From Ignavibacteriales bacterium (GTDB lineage: Bacteria; Bacteroidota; Ignavibacteria; Ignavibacteriales; Melioribacteraceae): a DNA stretch of 64,000 nt. The DNA lies in the NCBI GenBank assembly GCA_016177735.1, contig JACOUS010000026.1:2375-66374 (forward strand), read 5' to 3'. A model generated the notes under the pieces. That model made no database searches, was not told the DNA's origin, and saw only the letters and a list, made by a program, of their open reading frames with translations. Positions 41,221 through 50,495 of the stretch are shown here, in pieces; positions within the stretch are counted from its first letter, which is position 1; each line of letters opens with the position of its first letter. A program made the position numbers and the translations under genes.

Positions 41221-41250
41221 AAAAAATAAAACCCGGCAGAACCGGGTTTG
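41221..41250 (-). terminator. Rho-independent terminator after rny
   Basis: Minus strand reads AAACCCGGTTCTGCCGGGTTTTATTTTTT. Confidence 0.7.
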
Positions 41251-41255
41251 TAATT

Positions 41256-42824
41256 TTATTTTGCGTAAGAAATTTTCCGCACTTCCCGAATAACCATCAC
41301 TTTTATTTGCCCGGGATATTCCATCTCTTCCTGAATCTTCGTTGCAATTTCATACGAGAGACGATCAGCAACAGCATCATCAACTTTATCGGGTTCAACA
41401 ACAACTCTCACTTCTCTACCGGCTTGAATAGCGTAAGTCTTTGCAACACCTTCGAAAGATTTTGCAAGCGCTTCCAAATTTTCGAGACGCTTCACATAAC
41501 TTTCGAGAGGTTCGCGTCTTGCGCCGGGTCTTGCACCGCTGATTGCATCTGCTGCTTGCACGAGTGCCGCAATCGGATGTTCCATTTCAATATCTTCGTG
41601 GTGACTTCCAACTGCATTTACAACTATCGGATGCTCGTTATATTTTTTCGTGAGATCATATCCGAGCAGAGCGTGCGGACCTTCAACATCTTTGTCAATT
41701 GTTTTTCCGATATCGTGCATTAAACCGGCACGTTTGGCAAGGTTTGTATCAAAACCAAGTTCTGCCGCCATAATTCCGGTTAGATATGCCACTTCAATAC
41801 TGTGTTGCAAAAGATTCTGTCCGTAGCTCGAACGATATTTCATTTTGCCGATGTGTTTAATAAGCTCGCGGTGAACGCCGTGCAGACCAAGTTGAATAAG
41901 TGTGTTTTCGCCTTCGCGTTGAATTTCTTCATCGAGTTCTTGCTGAACTTTTTCTACAACTTCTTCTATGCGTGCCGGATGAATTCTGCCGTCTGCAATT
42001 AATCTTTCAAGAGAAATTCTTGCAACTTCTCTTCTGAATTGATCAAACGCAGAAAGAATAACAGCTTCGGGAGTATCGTCAACAATAACATCAACACCGG
42101 TAGCGGCTTCAAATGCGCGGATGTTTCTTCCTTCGCGACCAATGATGCGCCCTTTCATTTCATCATTCTGAATTTGCACAACCGAAACGGTTGATTCAAC
42201 CGAGTGATCAACAGCAGTTCTTTGGATAGCCTGAACAACAATCCGCTGAGCTTCTTTTTTAGCTTCAGCCTTCGCTTGATCTCTCACTTCCTTTATGGCT
42301 TGCGAAGCATCCGATTTAGCTTTGCTGATCATATTTTCCATCAGCATTTTCTTAGCTTCATCGGAAGTTAAGCCGGCTGTTTTTTCCAGACGGACATTCT
42401 GTTCAGCAATCAAAATATCAAGATCGTTGTGTTTTCGTTCAATATCCTCTTTCAGAGTTTGAACAGTCTTTTCAAGTTCTTTGTTGGTTTTTTCTTTTTG
42501 AGTAACTAAATCAAATTTCTTTTCGAGATTTTCTTCACGAGTTTCAAGTTGTTTTTCGTGGTTGAGCAGTTTTTGTTTTTTTGTATTTACTTCAGTATCG
42601 AACTCTTGTTTTTTCTTCAACCACTCATCTTTAACTTCGAGAAGTTTTTCTCTTTTTATGTGCTTGGCTTCTTTTTCTGCTTCTTCTACAATTTTTTGAG
42701 ATTTCTCTTTGGCAACGGCAACGTTGTTTTTGCCGATTTTAGAATTAATAAACCATCCAAAGATAAAAGTCAGTACTGCTGTAGCAACAGTAATAATTAA
42801 TACCATAAACAAATCCAATTGCAT
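41256..42824 (-). CDS. rny: Ribonuclease Y
   Basis: N-terminal TM helix, coiled coil, KH domain, then HD domain (HDIGK). I place the start at ATG 42824, preceded by GGAGG. The track's 42860 start adds 12 unsupported codons. Confidence 0.9.
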   Translation of the reverse strand: MQLDLFMVLIITVATAVLTFIFGWFINSKIGKNNVAVAKEKSQKIVEEAEKEAKHIKREKLLEVKDEWLKKKQEFDTEVNTKKQKLLNHEKQLETREENLEKKFDLVTQKEKTNKELEKTVQTLKEDIERKHNDLDILIAEQNVRLEKTAGLTSDEAKKMLMENMISKAKSDASQAIKEVRDQAKAEAKKEAQRIVVQAIQRTAVDHSVESTVSVVQIQNDEMKGRIIGREGRNIRAFEAATGVDVIVDDTPEAVILSAFDQFRREVARISLERLIADGRIHPARIEEVVEKVQQELDEEIQREGENTLIQLGLHGVHRELIKHIGKMKYRSSYGQNLLQHSIEVAYLTGIMAAELGFDTNLAKRAGLMHDIGKTIDKDVEGPHALLGYDLTKKYNEHPIVVNAVGSHHEDIEMEHPIAALVQAADAISGARPGARREPLESYVKRLENLEALAKSFEGVAKTYAIQAGREVRVVVEPDKVDDAVADRLSYEIATKIQEEMEYPGQIKVMVIREVRKISYAK

Positions 42825-42859
42825 TTTTCCTCCATGAAACGAAAAATTTATACAACGCA

Positions 42860-43053
42860 ACTGCCGGCACTTAAATAAAAGTAAAGAACTTATTTCCTAA
42901 CAGTGCGGGAAACCGCCCGACGCTTTTTACTTCCACTGTCCCGTTAAACGGGATCCCGACGAATCGGGATGAGGCCTGTAATACACGCCGCGAGTCGATA
43001 ACCCTTAGGTTTATAAATTATGTTAGTTCTTTTTTATAAAGTGACCCGGCAGT
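42860..43053 (-). ncRNA. Candidate structured RNA between zapA and rny (6S-like by position); strand uncertain
   Basis: About 25 bp interrupted closing helix: 42860-42889 pairs with 43026-43053. It encloses three local hairpins: GCGG-GAAA-CCGC at 42905-42916, CCCG-TTAAA-CGGG at 42940-42952 and CCCGA-CGAA-TCGGG at 42955-42968. Confidence 0.35.
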
Positions 43054-43061
43054 GCGGAAAC

Positions 43062-43361
43062 TTATGATGGGGTTGACATAAATTTGGATTCGGTTAAAAG
43101 AAGCTTGATCTTTTTGATTTTGTCTGTGGCTTGAATGCTGAATTCTCTGAATTTATTTTTTTCAACAAATAAATCGTACGCGATATTAAGAGCGGCAATG
43201 ATTGCGATTGTATCTTTCGGCTGATCGGGTAATTCTTCTCTAGTTTCTTCCATCATTCGATTAACATACTCAGCTAATTCAGCAGCTATTTCTTGATTTT
43301 CGACCAGTAAAGAATATTCTTTATCAAATATTTTTACTTTGAGCTTCTTTTTATCTGTCAT
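43062..43361 (-). CDS. zapA: Cell division protein ZapA
   Basis: 99 aa. KVKIFDKEYSL...IAALNIA pattern typical of ZapA. Confidence 0.75.
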   Translation of the reverse strand: MTDKKKLKVKIFDKEYSLLVENQEIAAELAEYVNRMMEETREELPDQPKDTIAIIAALNIAYDLFVEKNKFREFSIQATDKIKKIKLLLTESKFMSTPS

Positions 43362-43392
43362 TTTATGTCTAATCCATCATCTTACATTATAA

Positions 43393-43707
43393 TTATGAAC
43401 GTAAATGATAGTCTATTCTTGCTATCAATTCACTTATTTTGCTTTTTAAAGCTTCTCGATCCTCCAATTTTAATGATTCGGTACCGAATAGATTGCCTTC
43501 ATTAAATAATGACTTACTTACTTTTGATTCAATTTCAGAAATTTTCTTTTTGAGATTATCGTTTTCCCTTTCCAACAAAGTGAGGCGATTGCCCAAAGCT
43601 TGATTTGCTTCAAGCAGTTCTGCTCCTTTTTGAATAAAAAAATAAATCTGTTTTTCGAGAGCATTCAGCTCGTCAATAAACAAATCGTATTTGGAACCCT
43701 CTGCCAA
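43393..43707 (-). CDS. Small coiled-coil protein of unknown function
   Basis: 104 aa. Heptad-rich LERENDNLKKKISEIESK. TTG start abuts the pheT stop. Confidence 0.45.
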   Translation of the reverse strand: MAEGSKYDLFIDELNALEKQIYFFIQKGAELLEANQALGNRLTLLERENDNLKKKISEIESKVSKSLFNEGNLFGTESLKLEDREALKSKISELIARIDYHLRS

Positions 43708-46107
43708 TTATGCACCTCTAAGCTGCGCATTAAAAGTTTTTTCTACAGCGGTAATTGCTTTTCTAAAATCTTTATCAACTTCTTCTTCAGTAAGTGTTCT
43801 TTCTAAATTATAGTACTCTAACTGAAATGCTAAAGATTTTTTGCCTTTACCTAAACTGTCACTTTGAAAGATATCAAATAACTTTATTTGATGCAACAAT
43901 TTAGAGCTTGCCTTTTTTATCACATCTACAACGCTATCGGCTTCAATATTTTTGTCGAGCACAAAAGCAAAATCTCTGTACACCTTTGGGAACTTAAGCA
44001 GTTCTTTGAATACACGTTTCGAGAGTTCTATTTGTTTTATTACATCCAAATAAAAAACAAATAAGTAAACATCCTGGTTCACATCAAATAGATCATTAAC
44101 TTCCTTTTTAACTTTGCCGCCTATGCCGCAAATGTTGTTTCCGGATATCACAAAATTTTGTTCGATCCATTTATTTTCTTCTTTGTATTTCAGTCCAAAC
44201 TCTTGATATGGAAATAATTTTTGAAAAATACTTAATGTAGTCCCTCTCAAATCGAACAAATCAGTTTGCCTGTCTTTTTCAAACCATTCTGTTTGAATTG
44301 CATGACCAGTTACAGAAATGATCGTGTGCTCGGATTCGGTAAAATCATCGAATGAATTAATTTCGCCGTCCGCAATTTTTTCAAACACTTTCCCGATTTC
44401 GAAAAGAGATAAATTACGCTCACTCACTTTCAAATTATTGGAAATCGCATGGAGCATCCCCGGAATCAGTGACGGACGCAGATGCGACATTTCACTGCTT
44501 TGCGGATTTAACATTGCAATCGGCTTGCCAAATTTGAATGCCGTTTCCTCCTTCAACAATGAGTTGGTAACAATTTCAAAAAATCCAAGTGATGTTAAAA
44601 TATCCCGCAGTTTATCATTGAATGCCGATTGATCAATTTTATCTTCGAGAGTTGTAGCAACTTTGTTCACTTCAGGAATGTGATCATACCCGTAAACTCT
44701 TGCAACTTCCTCTATCACATCAATTTCTCTTTCGATATCGTGTCGGTAACTTGGAACAACTAACCTCAGTTCTGTTTCAGATTCTTGTTCAATTACAAAA
44801 CCCAGCTTCGACAAAATATTTTTTACAGTTTCTTTCTGAATTTCATAACCCAAAATTTTTGTAATTCTGGCAAAGCGAACGTTTGCCGTTCTATTTTTAA
44901 ACTGATTCGGATACGCATCAATTTCACCCGAAGCAATTTCTCCGCCGGCAGTATGCTGAATTAACTGCGCCGCACGCTGTGCCGCAAATTTTGTGATGTT
45001 ATAATCGGTTCCTCTTTCAAATCTGTACGATGCATCTGTCGAAAGACTGAGACGCTTTGCAGTTTTGCGGATTGACGACGGATTGAAAAACGCACTCTCA
45101 ATCAGAATATTTTTAGTTCTGCTTGTTACTTCGGAATTTTCTCCGCCCATAATTCCGGCTATTGCAACGGGCTTTTCTCCATCACAAATCATCAAGTCTT
45201 TTGAAGTGAGTATTCTCTCTTTCGAATCAAGGGTTGTAAATTTTTCACCTTCATCTGCAGATTTAACAACAATTTTTTTACCGGAAAGATTATCGAGATC
45301 AAACGCGTGAAGCGGCTGACCAACTTCGTACAAAACATAATTTGTAACATCAACAACATTGTTAATCGGGCGAAGTCCAACGGCTTTCAATCTTCTTTTT
45401 AACCATTCGGGTGATTCTTTAATTTCCACTCCCGTCACAACTTTCCCAACGTAACGCGGACAATTCACAGCGTCAACAATCTCTACTTTTGCTGCGTCTT
45501 CCGATTTTGTCGATGATTCTTTTAATTCAATCTGCGGGGTTCTTAAATTACGGTTAAAAATTGCGGCAAGATCACGTGCAATACCGATATGACTCAAAGC
45601 TTCCGAACGGTTTGGAGTAATTGCAACATCAAGTATAACATCATCGAAACCAAGTGCTTCAGCAAGCGGAGTTCCTTCTTTTAATCCACTATCAAGAATC
45701 ATGATGCCTTCGTGATTATCGCTGATGTTGAGTTCTTTTTCGGAACAGATCATTCCGAAAGAAACTTCTCCTCTGATTTTTGCTTTTTCTAATTTCATTC
45801 CGTTTGATGGAATAACGGCACCAACTTTTGCAAAAGCAATTTTTTGTCCCTGAGCAACATTCGGCGCACCGCACACAACATTAAATTCTTCTGTTCCATC
45901 GCTGACTTTACAAACGGAAAGTTTATCTGCGTCAGGATGTTTTTTATGTTCCTTTACCAAACCAACAACCATGTTCTCAAAACTTTTCGATTGATCGATT
46001 ACGTCTTCAATTTCCAAACCGGCAACTGAAATTTTGTGAACAATTTCATCGATTGAAATGCCGCTTAAATCGATATAATCTTTTAACCAATTCAGTGAAA
46101 TTTTCAT
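43708..46107 (-). CDS. pheT: Phenylalanine-tRNA ligase beta subunit
   Basis: 799 aa. MKISLNWLKDY N-terminus, with tRNA-binding, B3/4, B5 and FDX-ACB regions. Confidence 0.95.
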   Translation of the reverse strand: MKISLNWLKDYIDLSGISIDEIVHKISVAGLEIEDVIDQSKSFENMVVGLVKEHKKHPDADKLSVCKVSDGTEEFNVVCGAPNVAQGQKIAFAKVGAVIPSNGMKLEKAKIRGEVSFGMICSEKELNISDNHEGIMILDSGLKEGTPLAEALGFDDVILDVAITPNRSEALSHIGIARDLAAIFNRNLRTPQIELKESSTKSEDAAKVEIVDAVNCPRYVGKVVTGVEIKESPEWLKRRLKAVGLRPINNVVDVTNYVLYEVGQPLHAFDLDNLSGKKIVVKSADEGEKFTTLDSKERILTSKDLMICDGEKPVAIAGIMGGENSEVTSRTKNILIESAFFNPSSIRKTAKRLSLSTDASYRFERGTDYNITKFAAQRAAQLIQHTAGGEIASGEIDAYPNQFKNRTANVRFARITKILGYEIQKETVKNILSKLGFVIEQESETELRLVVPSYRHDIEREIDVIEEVARVYGYDHIPEVNKVATTLEDKIDQSAFNDKLRDILTSLGFFEIVTNSLLKEETAFKFGKPIAMLNPQSSEMSHLRPSLIPGMLHAISNNLKVSERNLSLFEIGKVFEKIADGEINSFDDFTESEHTIISVTGHAIQTEWFEKDRQTDLFDLRGTTLSIFQKLFPYQEFGLKYKEENKWIEQNFVISGNNICGIGGKVKKEVNDLFDVNQDVYLFVFYLDVIKQIELSKRVFKELLKFPKVYRDFAFVLDKNIEADSVVDVIKKASSKLLHQIKLFDIFQSDSLGKGKKSLAFQLEYYNLERTLTEEEVDKDFRKAITAVEKTFNAQLRGA

Positions 46108-46120
46108 AACATACCCGAAA

Positions 46121-47113
46121 TTAAAATTGCTTCAAGAAACGAATATCGCTGTCAAATAAAATTCTAATATCATCAATGCCGTACTTGCGCATTGCTGTTC
46201 TTTCAATTCCCATTCCGAAAGCATAGCCCGTATATTTTTCAGGATCGATTCCAACATTTATCAAAACATTTGGATCAACCATTCCGCATCCGAGAACTTC
46301 GAGCCATCTTCCTTCTTTTCCTTTCGGCTGCCACCACACATCCATTTCTGCACTCGGTTCTGTAAACGGAAAGAAACTCGCACGGAATCTATAAACTACA
46401 TCTTTGCCAAAAAATTGTTTGATAAATGCAACAAGCGTTGCTTTCAATTCAGCGAACGTTACGTCTGTATCTACATACAAACCTTCTACTTGATGAAACA
46501 AACAATAACTCTTTGCACTTATCGCTTCATTTCTAAAAACTTTACCAGGCATAATTGCGCGGATCGGCGGCTTCATGCTTTGCATTACTCTAATCTGTAC
46601 TGGTGATGTGTGTGTGCGCAGTAAAAATTTCGGCGTAACAAAAAACGTATCCTGCATATCGCGCGCCGGATGATCGTCCGGAAAATTCAACGCTTCAAAA
46701 TTATTGTAATCGGATTCAAGTTCCGGTCCTTCGAAAACAGAAAAACCGAGTCCCTTAAAAATGAATTTCATCTCATCGAGAGTTTGAGTAATTAAATGAC
46801 GGCTTCCGAGAGTTTTCATTCTGCCCGGAAGAGTTAAATCCAGTTCGGATTCTTTTTCATTTTTTGCTGCCGCTTCAAATTTTTCTTTTGCTTCATCAAA
46901 CTTTGCTTGTGTATAATTTTTCAATTCATTTAAAGCCTGTCCAACGCTTTTCTTTTCAACGCGGGAAACATCCTTAAAATTTTCGAACAATTGCGGTACA
47001 AGTCCTTTTCTGCTCAGATATTTTAGGCGCACTTCTTCGAGGGATTGTATATCGGTGGTTTTCGAAAGGTCGTCATCGAAATCTTTCCGGGTCTCAGAAA
47101 TTTTTGCAAGCAT
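46121..47113 (-). CDS. pheS: Phenylalanine-tRNA ligase alpha subunit
   Basis: 330 aa class II synthetase with HP.RDMQDTF, FRNE and GMGIER motifs. Confidence 0.95.
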   Translation of the reverse strand: MLAKISETRKDFDDDLSKTTDIQSLEEVRLKYLSRKGLVPQLFENFKDVSRVEKKSVGQALNELKNYTQAKFDEAKEKFEAAAKNEKESELDLTLPGRMKTLGSRHLITQTLDEMKFIFKGLGFSVFEGPELESDYNNFEALNFPDDHPARDMQDTFFVTPKFLLRTHTSPVQIRVMQSMKPPIRAIMPGKVFRNEAISAKSYCLFHQVEGLYVDTDVTFAELKATLVAFIKQFFGKDVVYRFRASFFPFTEPSAEMDVWWQPKGKEGRWLEVLGCGMVDPNVLINVGIDPEKYTGYAFGMGIERTAMRKYGIDDIRILFDSDIRFLKQF

Positions 47114-47131
47114 TTTTTATCCCGAGAATTT

Positions 47132-47180
47132 AAAAAAATACCCTCACAAACTTTTTGAACAAACAGAAAGTTCGTGAGGG
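47132..47180 (-). terminator. Hairpin plus U-tract between rplT and pheS (terminator or attenuator)
   Basis: Minus strand reads CCCTCACGAACTTT...AAAGTTTGTGAGGG, a 14 bp stem with one mismatch, followed by TATTTTTTT. Confidence 0.55.
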
Positions 47181-47186
47181 CAATAA

Positions 47187-47534
47187 TTAGTTCATTGCAA
47201 ACTTAACAACATCTGTAAAGGCTTGAGGATTTTCAGCAGCCATACTTGCTAACAGTTTTCTATTAATTTCAATTCCTTTAGCATCGAGCAGATGTATCAA
47301 TTTCGAGTATGAAATACCGTGTTCTCTTGCGGCTGCATTTATTCTGATAATCCATAAAGAGCGGTACTCTCTCTTTTTAAGTTTGCGGTCTCTGTAAGCA
47401 TGCACAAGACCTTTTTCAACATGGTGCTTGGCAACTGTTAATACTTTACTGCGTGCACCCCAGTAGCCTTTAGCTTTATTCAATAACTTCTTGCGTCTTG
47501 CTTTAGACGCTGCCGAATTAACTGACCGTGGCAT
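47187..47534 (-). CDS. rplT: 50S ribosomal protein L20
   Basis: 115 aa. MPRS...KARRKK...AYRDRK. Confidence 0.95.
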   Translation of the reverse strand: MPRSVNSAASKARRKKLLNKAKGYWGARSKVLTVAKHHVEKGLVHAYRDRKLKKREYRSLWIIRINAAAREHGISYSKLIHLLDAKGIEINRKLLASMAAENPQAFTDVVKFAMN

Positions 47535-47548
47535 AGTTTACTTTTCTC

Positions 47549-47740
47549 CTATTGTAGCATTATTTTTAATCTTTTCTCATCAGCTTTCGAAACAAGAGTA
47601 GACTTGCGTAAACTTCTTTTTCTTTTAGTTGATTTGGTTGTTAAGATATGCGATTTAAAAGCTTTGTTTCTTTTGATTTTTCCGGATCCGGTTTTTTTAA
47701 ATGTTTTAGCGGCTCCCCTATTGCTTTTCATTTTTGGCAT
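47549..47740 (-). CDS. rpmI: 50S ribosomal protein L35
   Basis: 63 aa. [24 protein letters not shown]. Confidence 0.95.
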   Translation of the reverse strand: MPKMKSNRGAAKTFKKTGSGKIKRNKAFKSHILTTKSTKRKRSLRKSTLVSKADEKRLKIMLQ

Positions 47741-47752
47741 TTGATCACCTAT

Positions 47753-48280
47753 CTATTTTTTCTTTTTACCTTTTTGCGGTGCCAGAATTGTGTGCATCGC
47801 TCTGCCTTCAAATTTTGGTTCTTGTTCAACTTTTGCAACATCTTGAAGTCTTTCGATAAATCTATTCAGCAAAGCTTCCCCTAATCCAGTGTATGCGAGT
47901 TCTCTTCCTTTAAATATCACTGAAACTTTTACTTTGTTTCCTTCTTCAATAAAATTAACAGCATGGCGTGCTTTAAAATCAAAATCGTGTGTATCCGTAT
48001 TCGGATGCAAACGAATTTCTTTTAAAACGCTTACTTGCTGTTTCTTCTTTTGAAGCTTTTCTTTCTTCTGTAATTCATAAATGAACTTGCCGTAATTGAT
48101 CACTTTACAAACCGGCGGAGTAGCTTGAGGTGCAATTTCCACCAAATCCATTACAGCTATCTCAGCTCTTTTCAATGCTTCTTTTATCGAAACAATTCCG
48201 ACTTGTTCTCCGTTTGCGTCTATTAATCGTACTTCAGGCGTTCTAATTTCCTGATTGACGCGATATTTAATCTCTGTGAT
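47753..48280 (-). CDS. infC: Translation initiation factor IF-3, with a non-AUG start
   Basis: The track's 140 aa ORF lacks the N-domain. The same frame stays open upstream and reads ...IKYRVNQEIRTPEVRLIDANGEQVGIVSIKEAL. It is bounded by TAG at 48286..48284. The only start candidates are ATC 48280 (GAGG 6 nt upstream) and ATT 48271. Confidence 0.85.
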   Translation of the reverse strand: MTEIKYRVNQEIRTPEVRLIDANGEQVGIVSIKEALKRAEIAVMDLVEIAPQATPPVCKVINYGKFIYELQKKEKLQKKKQQVSVLKEIRLHPNTDTHDFDFKARHAVNFIEEGNKVKVSVIFKGRELAYTGLGEALLNRFIERLQDVAKVEQEPKFEGRAMHTILAPQKGKKKK

Positions 48281-48291
48281 AAACTACCTCG

Positions 48292-50223
48292 CTAATTGTG
48301 ATTTATTCTGTTGCCAATCTCTTCGCTCAAATTATTTGCGAACTCTTCAAGTGAAAAACTTCCTTTGTCTCCAACTTTGTGCTGACGTACCGAAACTGTT
48401 TTTGATTCTTTTTCTTTCTCGCCAACAATCAACATGTACGGAACTTTTTGTGTTTCCCAATCGCGTATTTTGTATCCAATCTTCTCATTTCTCAAATCGA
48501 GTTCTACAAAGATATCTTTTGAAGACAAATAATCATAGACTTCTTTTGCGTAATCAAAATAATTTTGCGATACTGGTATTACAGCCGCCTGAACCGGTGC
48601 AAGCCATGCTGGAAAAGCGCCGGCATAATGCTCAATCAAAATTCCCATGAATCGTTCAATTGAACCGAGCAGAGCGCGGTGAACCATGAACGGTCTGTGT
48701 TCTTTTCCGTCTTCGCCGATATATTTCATATCAAAACGTTCGGGAAGATTAAAATCGAATTGAATAGTACTCAACTGCCATTGACGGTTAAGCGCATCTT
48801 TAATTTTGATATCAATCTTCGGTCCGTAAAATGCACCGCCGCCTTCATCCATTTCGTACGGAACACCTTCTTTTTCAATCGCGCGAATTAAAGATTTTGT
48901 TGCTTTATCCCAAAGTTCATCTTCGCCAACTGCTTTTTCGGGTTTGGTCGCTATGTAATAATTCAAGTCCTCAAAGCCAAAAGATTTTAACATATATCGC
49001 GAAAACCTAAGCACCTCAATAATCTCATCTTCCATTTGCTCTTGTGCACAGAAAATGTGTGCATCATCTTGAGTGAAACCGCGCACTCTCAGCAAACCAT
49101 GTAGTACACCGCTCTTTTCGTATCTGTAAACAGTACCAAGTTCTGCCCAACGTAACGGAAGGTCTCTGTAAGAATGAAGTTTTGTTTTGTAAATCATTAT
49201 ATGGAACGGGCAGTTCATCGGTTTGATGTAATAATCTTGTTCATCTATAGACATCGGTGCGTACATATTTTCTTTATAAGTAACAAGATGACCGCTTGTT
49301 TCCCACAACCAGCTTTTGCCCATGTGAGGAGAATATAAAAGATCGTATCCGTTTTTAGTATGTGCCGAACGCCAAAATGTTTCGATAGTATTTCTAATTC
49401 TTGAACCTTTTGGATGCCAATAAATCAAACCGGCACCGGCTTCCTCGTGAATACTGAAAAGATCAAGTGCTTTGCCAAGTTTTCTATGATCGCGCTTTTT
49501 TGCTTCTTCTAAAAATAAAAGATGATCATCAAGCATTTTTTTCTTCGGGAAAGAAATGCCATAGATTCTTTGCATTCTTTTATTGTGTTCATCGCCGCGC
49601 CAATATGAACCGGAAACAGTTAACAGCTTTACATACTTTATTTTTCCGGCATCCGGCACATGCGGACCGGTGCAAAGATCTGTGAAATCGCCTTCATCAT
49701 AAATGCTGATTGCTTCTTTTGTATCGTCAAGTTCACTTATGATTTCGAGTTTGTAATTGTCGCCTTTCTTTTCGAAAAACTTCACAGCATCTGTTTTGCT
49801 CAGTTCGCTGCGCTTGAATGGATTTTTCTGTTTGGAAATTTCCATCATACGATTTTCTATTTTCACCAAATCTTCTTCTGTCAAAACAGAGTTGATATCA
49901 ATATCATAGTAGAACCCGGAATCAATTGCGGGTCCAACACCAAATTTTGCTTCGGGGTAAATTGATTGAATGGCATGTGCCATCAAATGCGATGTTGAAT
50001 GCCAATAAGTTTCTTTCCCTTCAGGATGATCAAACATTAAGATTTCCAGTTCGGCATCGTTATTCAATTTGGTTGATAAATCTTTAATGATACCATTAAC
50101 TTTTGCAACGAGTGCTTCTTCAGCTAAACGATTGGAAATTTTTTGAGCAATTTCTAAAGGAGAAATTCCTTCTTCGAACTCTTTAACTGAACCATCGGGA
50201 AATTTTATTTTTATTGTATTCAT
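48292..50223 (-). CDS. thrS: Threonine-tRNA ligase
   Basis: TGS domain, editing domain, class II core and anticodon-binding domain. ATG at 50223; the track's extra two codons begin at a TTG. Confidence 0.95.
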   Translation of the reverse strand: MNTIKIKFPDGSVKEFEEGISPLEIAQKISNRLAEEALVAKVNGIIKDLSTKLNNDAELEILMFDHPEGKETYWHSTSHLMAHAIQSIYPEAKFGVGPAIDSGFYYDIDINSVLTEEDLVKIENRMMEISKQKNPFKRSELSKTDAVKFFEKKGDNYKLEIISELDDTKEAISIYDEGDFTDLCTGPHVPDAGKIKYVKLLTVSGSYWRGDEHNKRMQRIYGISFPKKKMLDDHLLFLEEAKKRDHRKLGKALDLFSIHEEAGAGLIYWHPKGSRIRNTIETFWRSAHTKNGYDLLYSPHMGKSWLWETSGHLVTYKENMYAPMSIDEQDYYIKPMNCPFHIMIYKTKLHSYRDLPLRWAELGTVYRYEKSGVLHGLLRVRGFTQDDAHIFCAQEQMEDEIIEVLRFSRYMLKSFGFEDLNYYIATKPEKAVGEDELWDKATKSLIRAIEKEGVPYEMDEGGGAFYGPKIDIKIKDALNRQWQLSTIQFDFNLPERFDMKYIGEDGKEHRPFMVHRALLGSIERFMGILIEHYAGAFPAWLAPVQAAVIPVSQNYFDYAKEVYDYLSSKDIFVELDLRNEKIGYKIRDWETQKVPYMLIVGEKEKESKTVSVRQHKVGDKGSFSLEEFANNLSEEIGNRINHN

Positions 50224-50227
50224 AAGC

Positions 50228-50250
50228 AAAAAAAACGGAGCTAACTCCGG
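50228..50250 (-). terminator. Hairpin plus U8 downstream of tRNA-Val
   Basis: Minus strand reads CCGGAGTTAGCTCCG followed by TTTTTTTT. It ends 4 nt before the thrS ATG. Confidence 0.6.
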
Positions 50251-50256
50251 TTAATG

Positions 50257-50330
50257 TGGGTTCTATAGGATTCGAACCTATGACCTTCTGCACGTCAAGC
50301 AGACGCTCTAACCAACTGAGCTAAAAACCC
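50257..50330 (-). tRNA. tRNA-Val (GAC)
   Basis: 74 nt cloverleaf folded by hand. Acceptor GGGTTTT/AGAACCC, D-arm GCTC/GAGC, anticodon arm TCTGC-TTGACGT-GCAGA, T-arm ATAGG-TTCGAAT-CCTAT. No encoded CCA. Confidence 0.9.
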
Positions 50331-50385
50331 CAAAAATTGTCTGTTCATTATTAATACTTGTTATTTAAAAAAAATGTTTTGCCAA

Positions 50386-50442
50386 GAACCTATGACCTCT
50401 CCGACGAAGTCGGAACGCTCTAACCAACTGAGCTAAAAACTC
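50386..50442 (-). pseudogene. Truncated tRNA-Val-like copy 2 (positions ~1-56 only; anticodon arm replaced by a hairpin)
   Basis: Minus strand: GAGTTTTTAGCTCAGTTGGTTAGAGCG, then TTCCGACTTCGTCGGAG (17 nt, the same length as a normal anticodon arm), then AGGTCATAGGTTC. T-loop, 3' T-stem and 3' acceptor strand are missing. Confidence 0.6.
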
Positions 50443-50495
50443 AAAAAATTATCTGTTCATTATCAATACTTTTGATTGATGCAAACTATTTGTTT

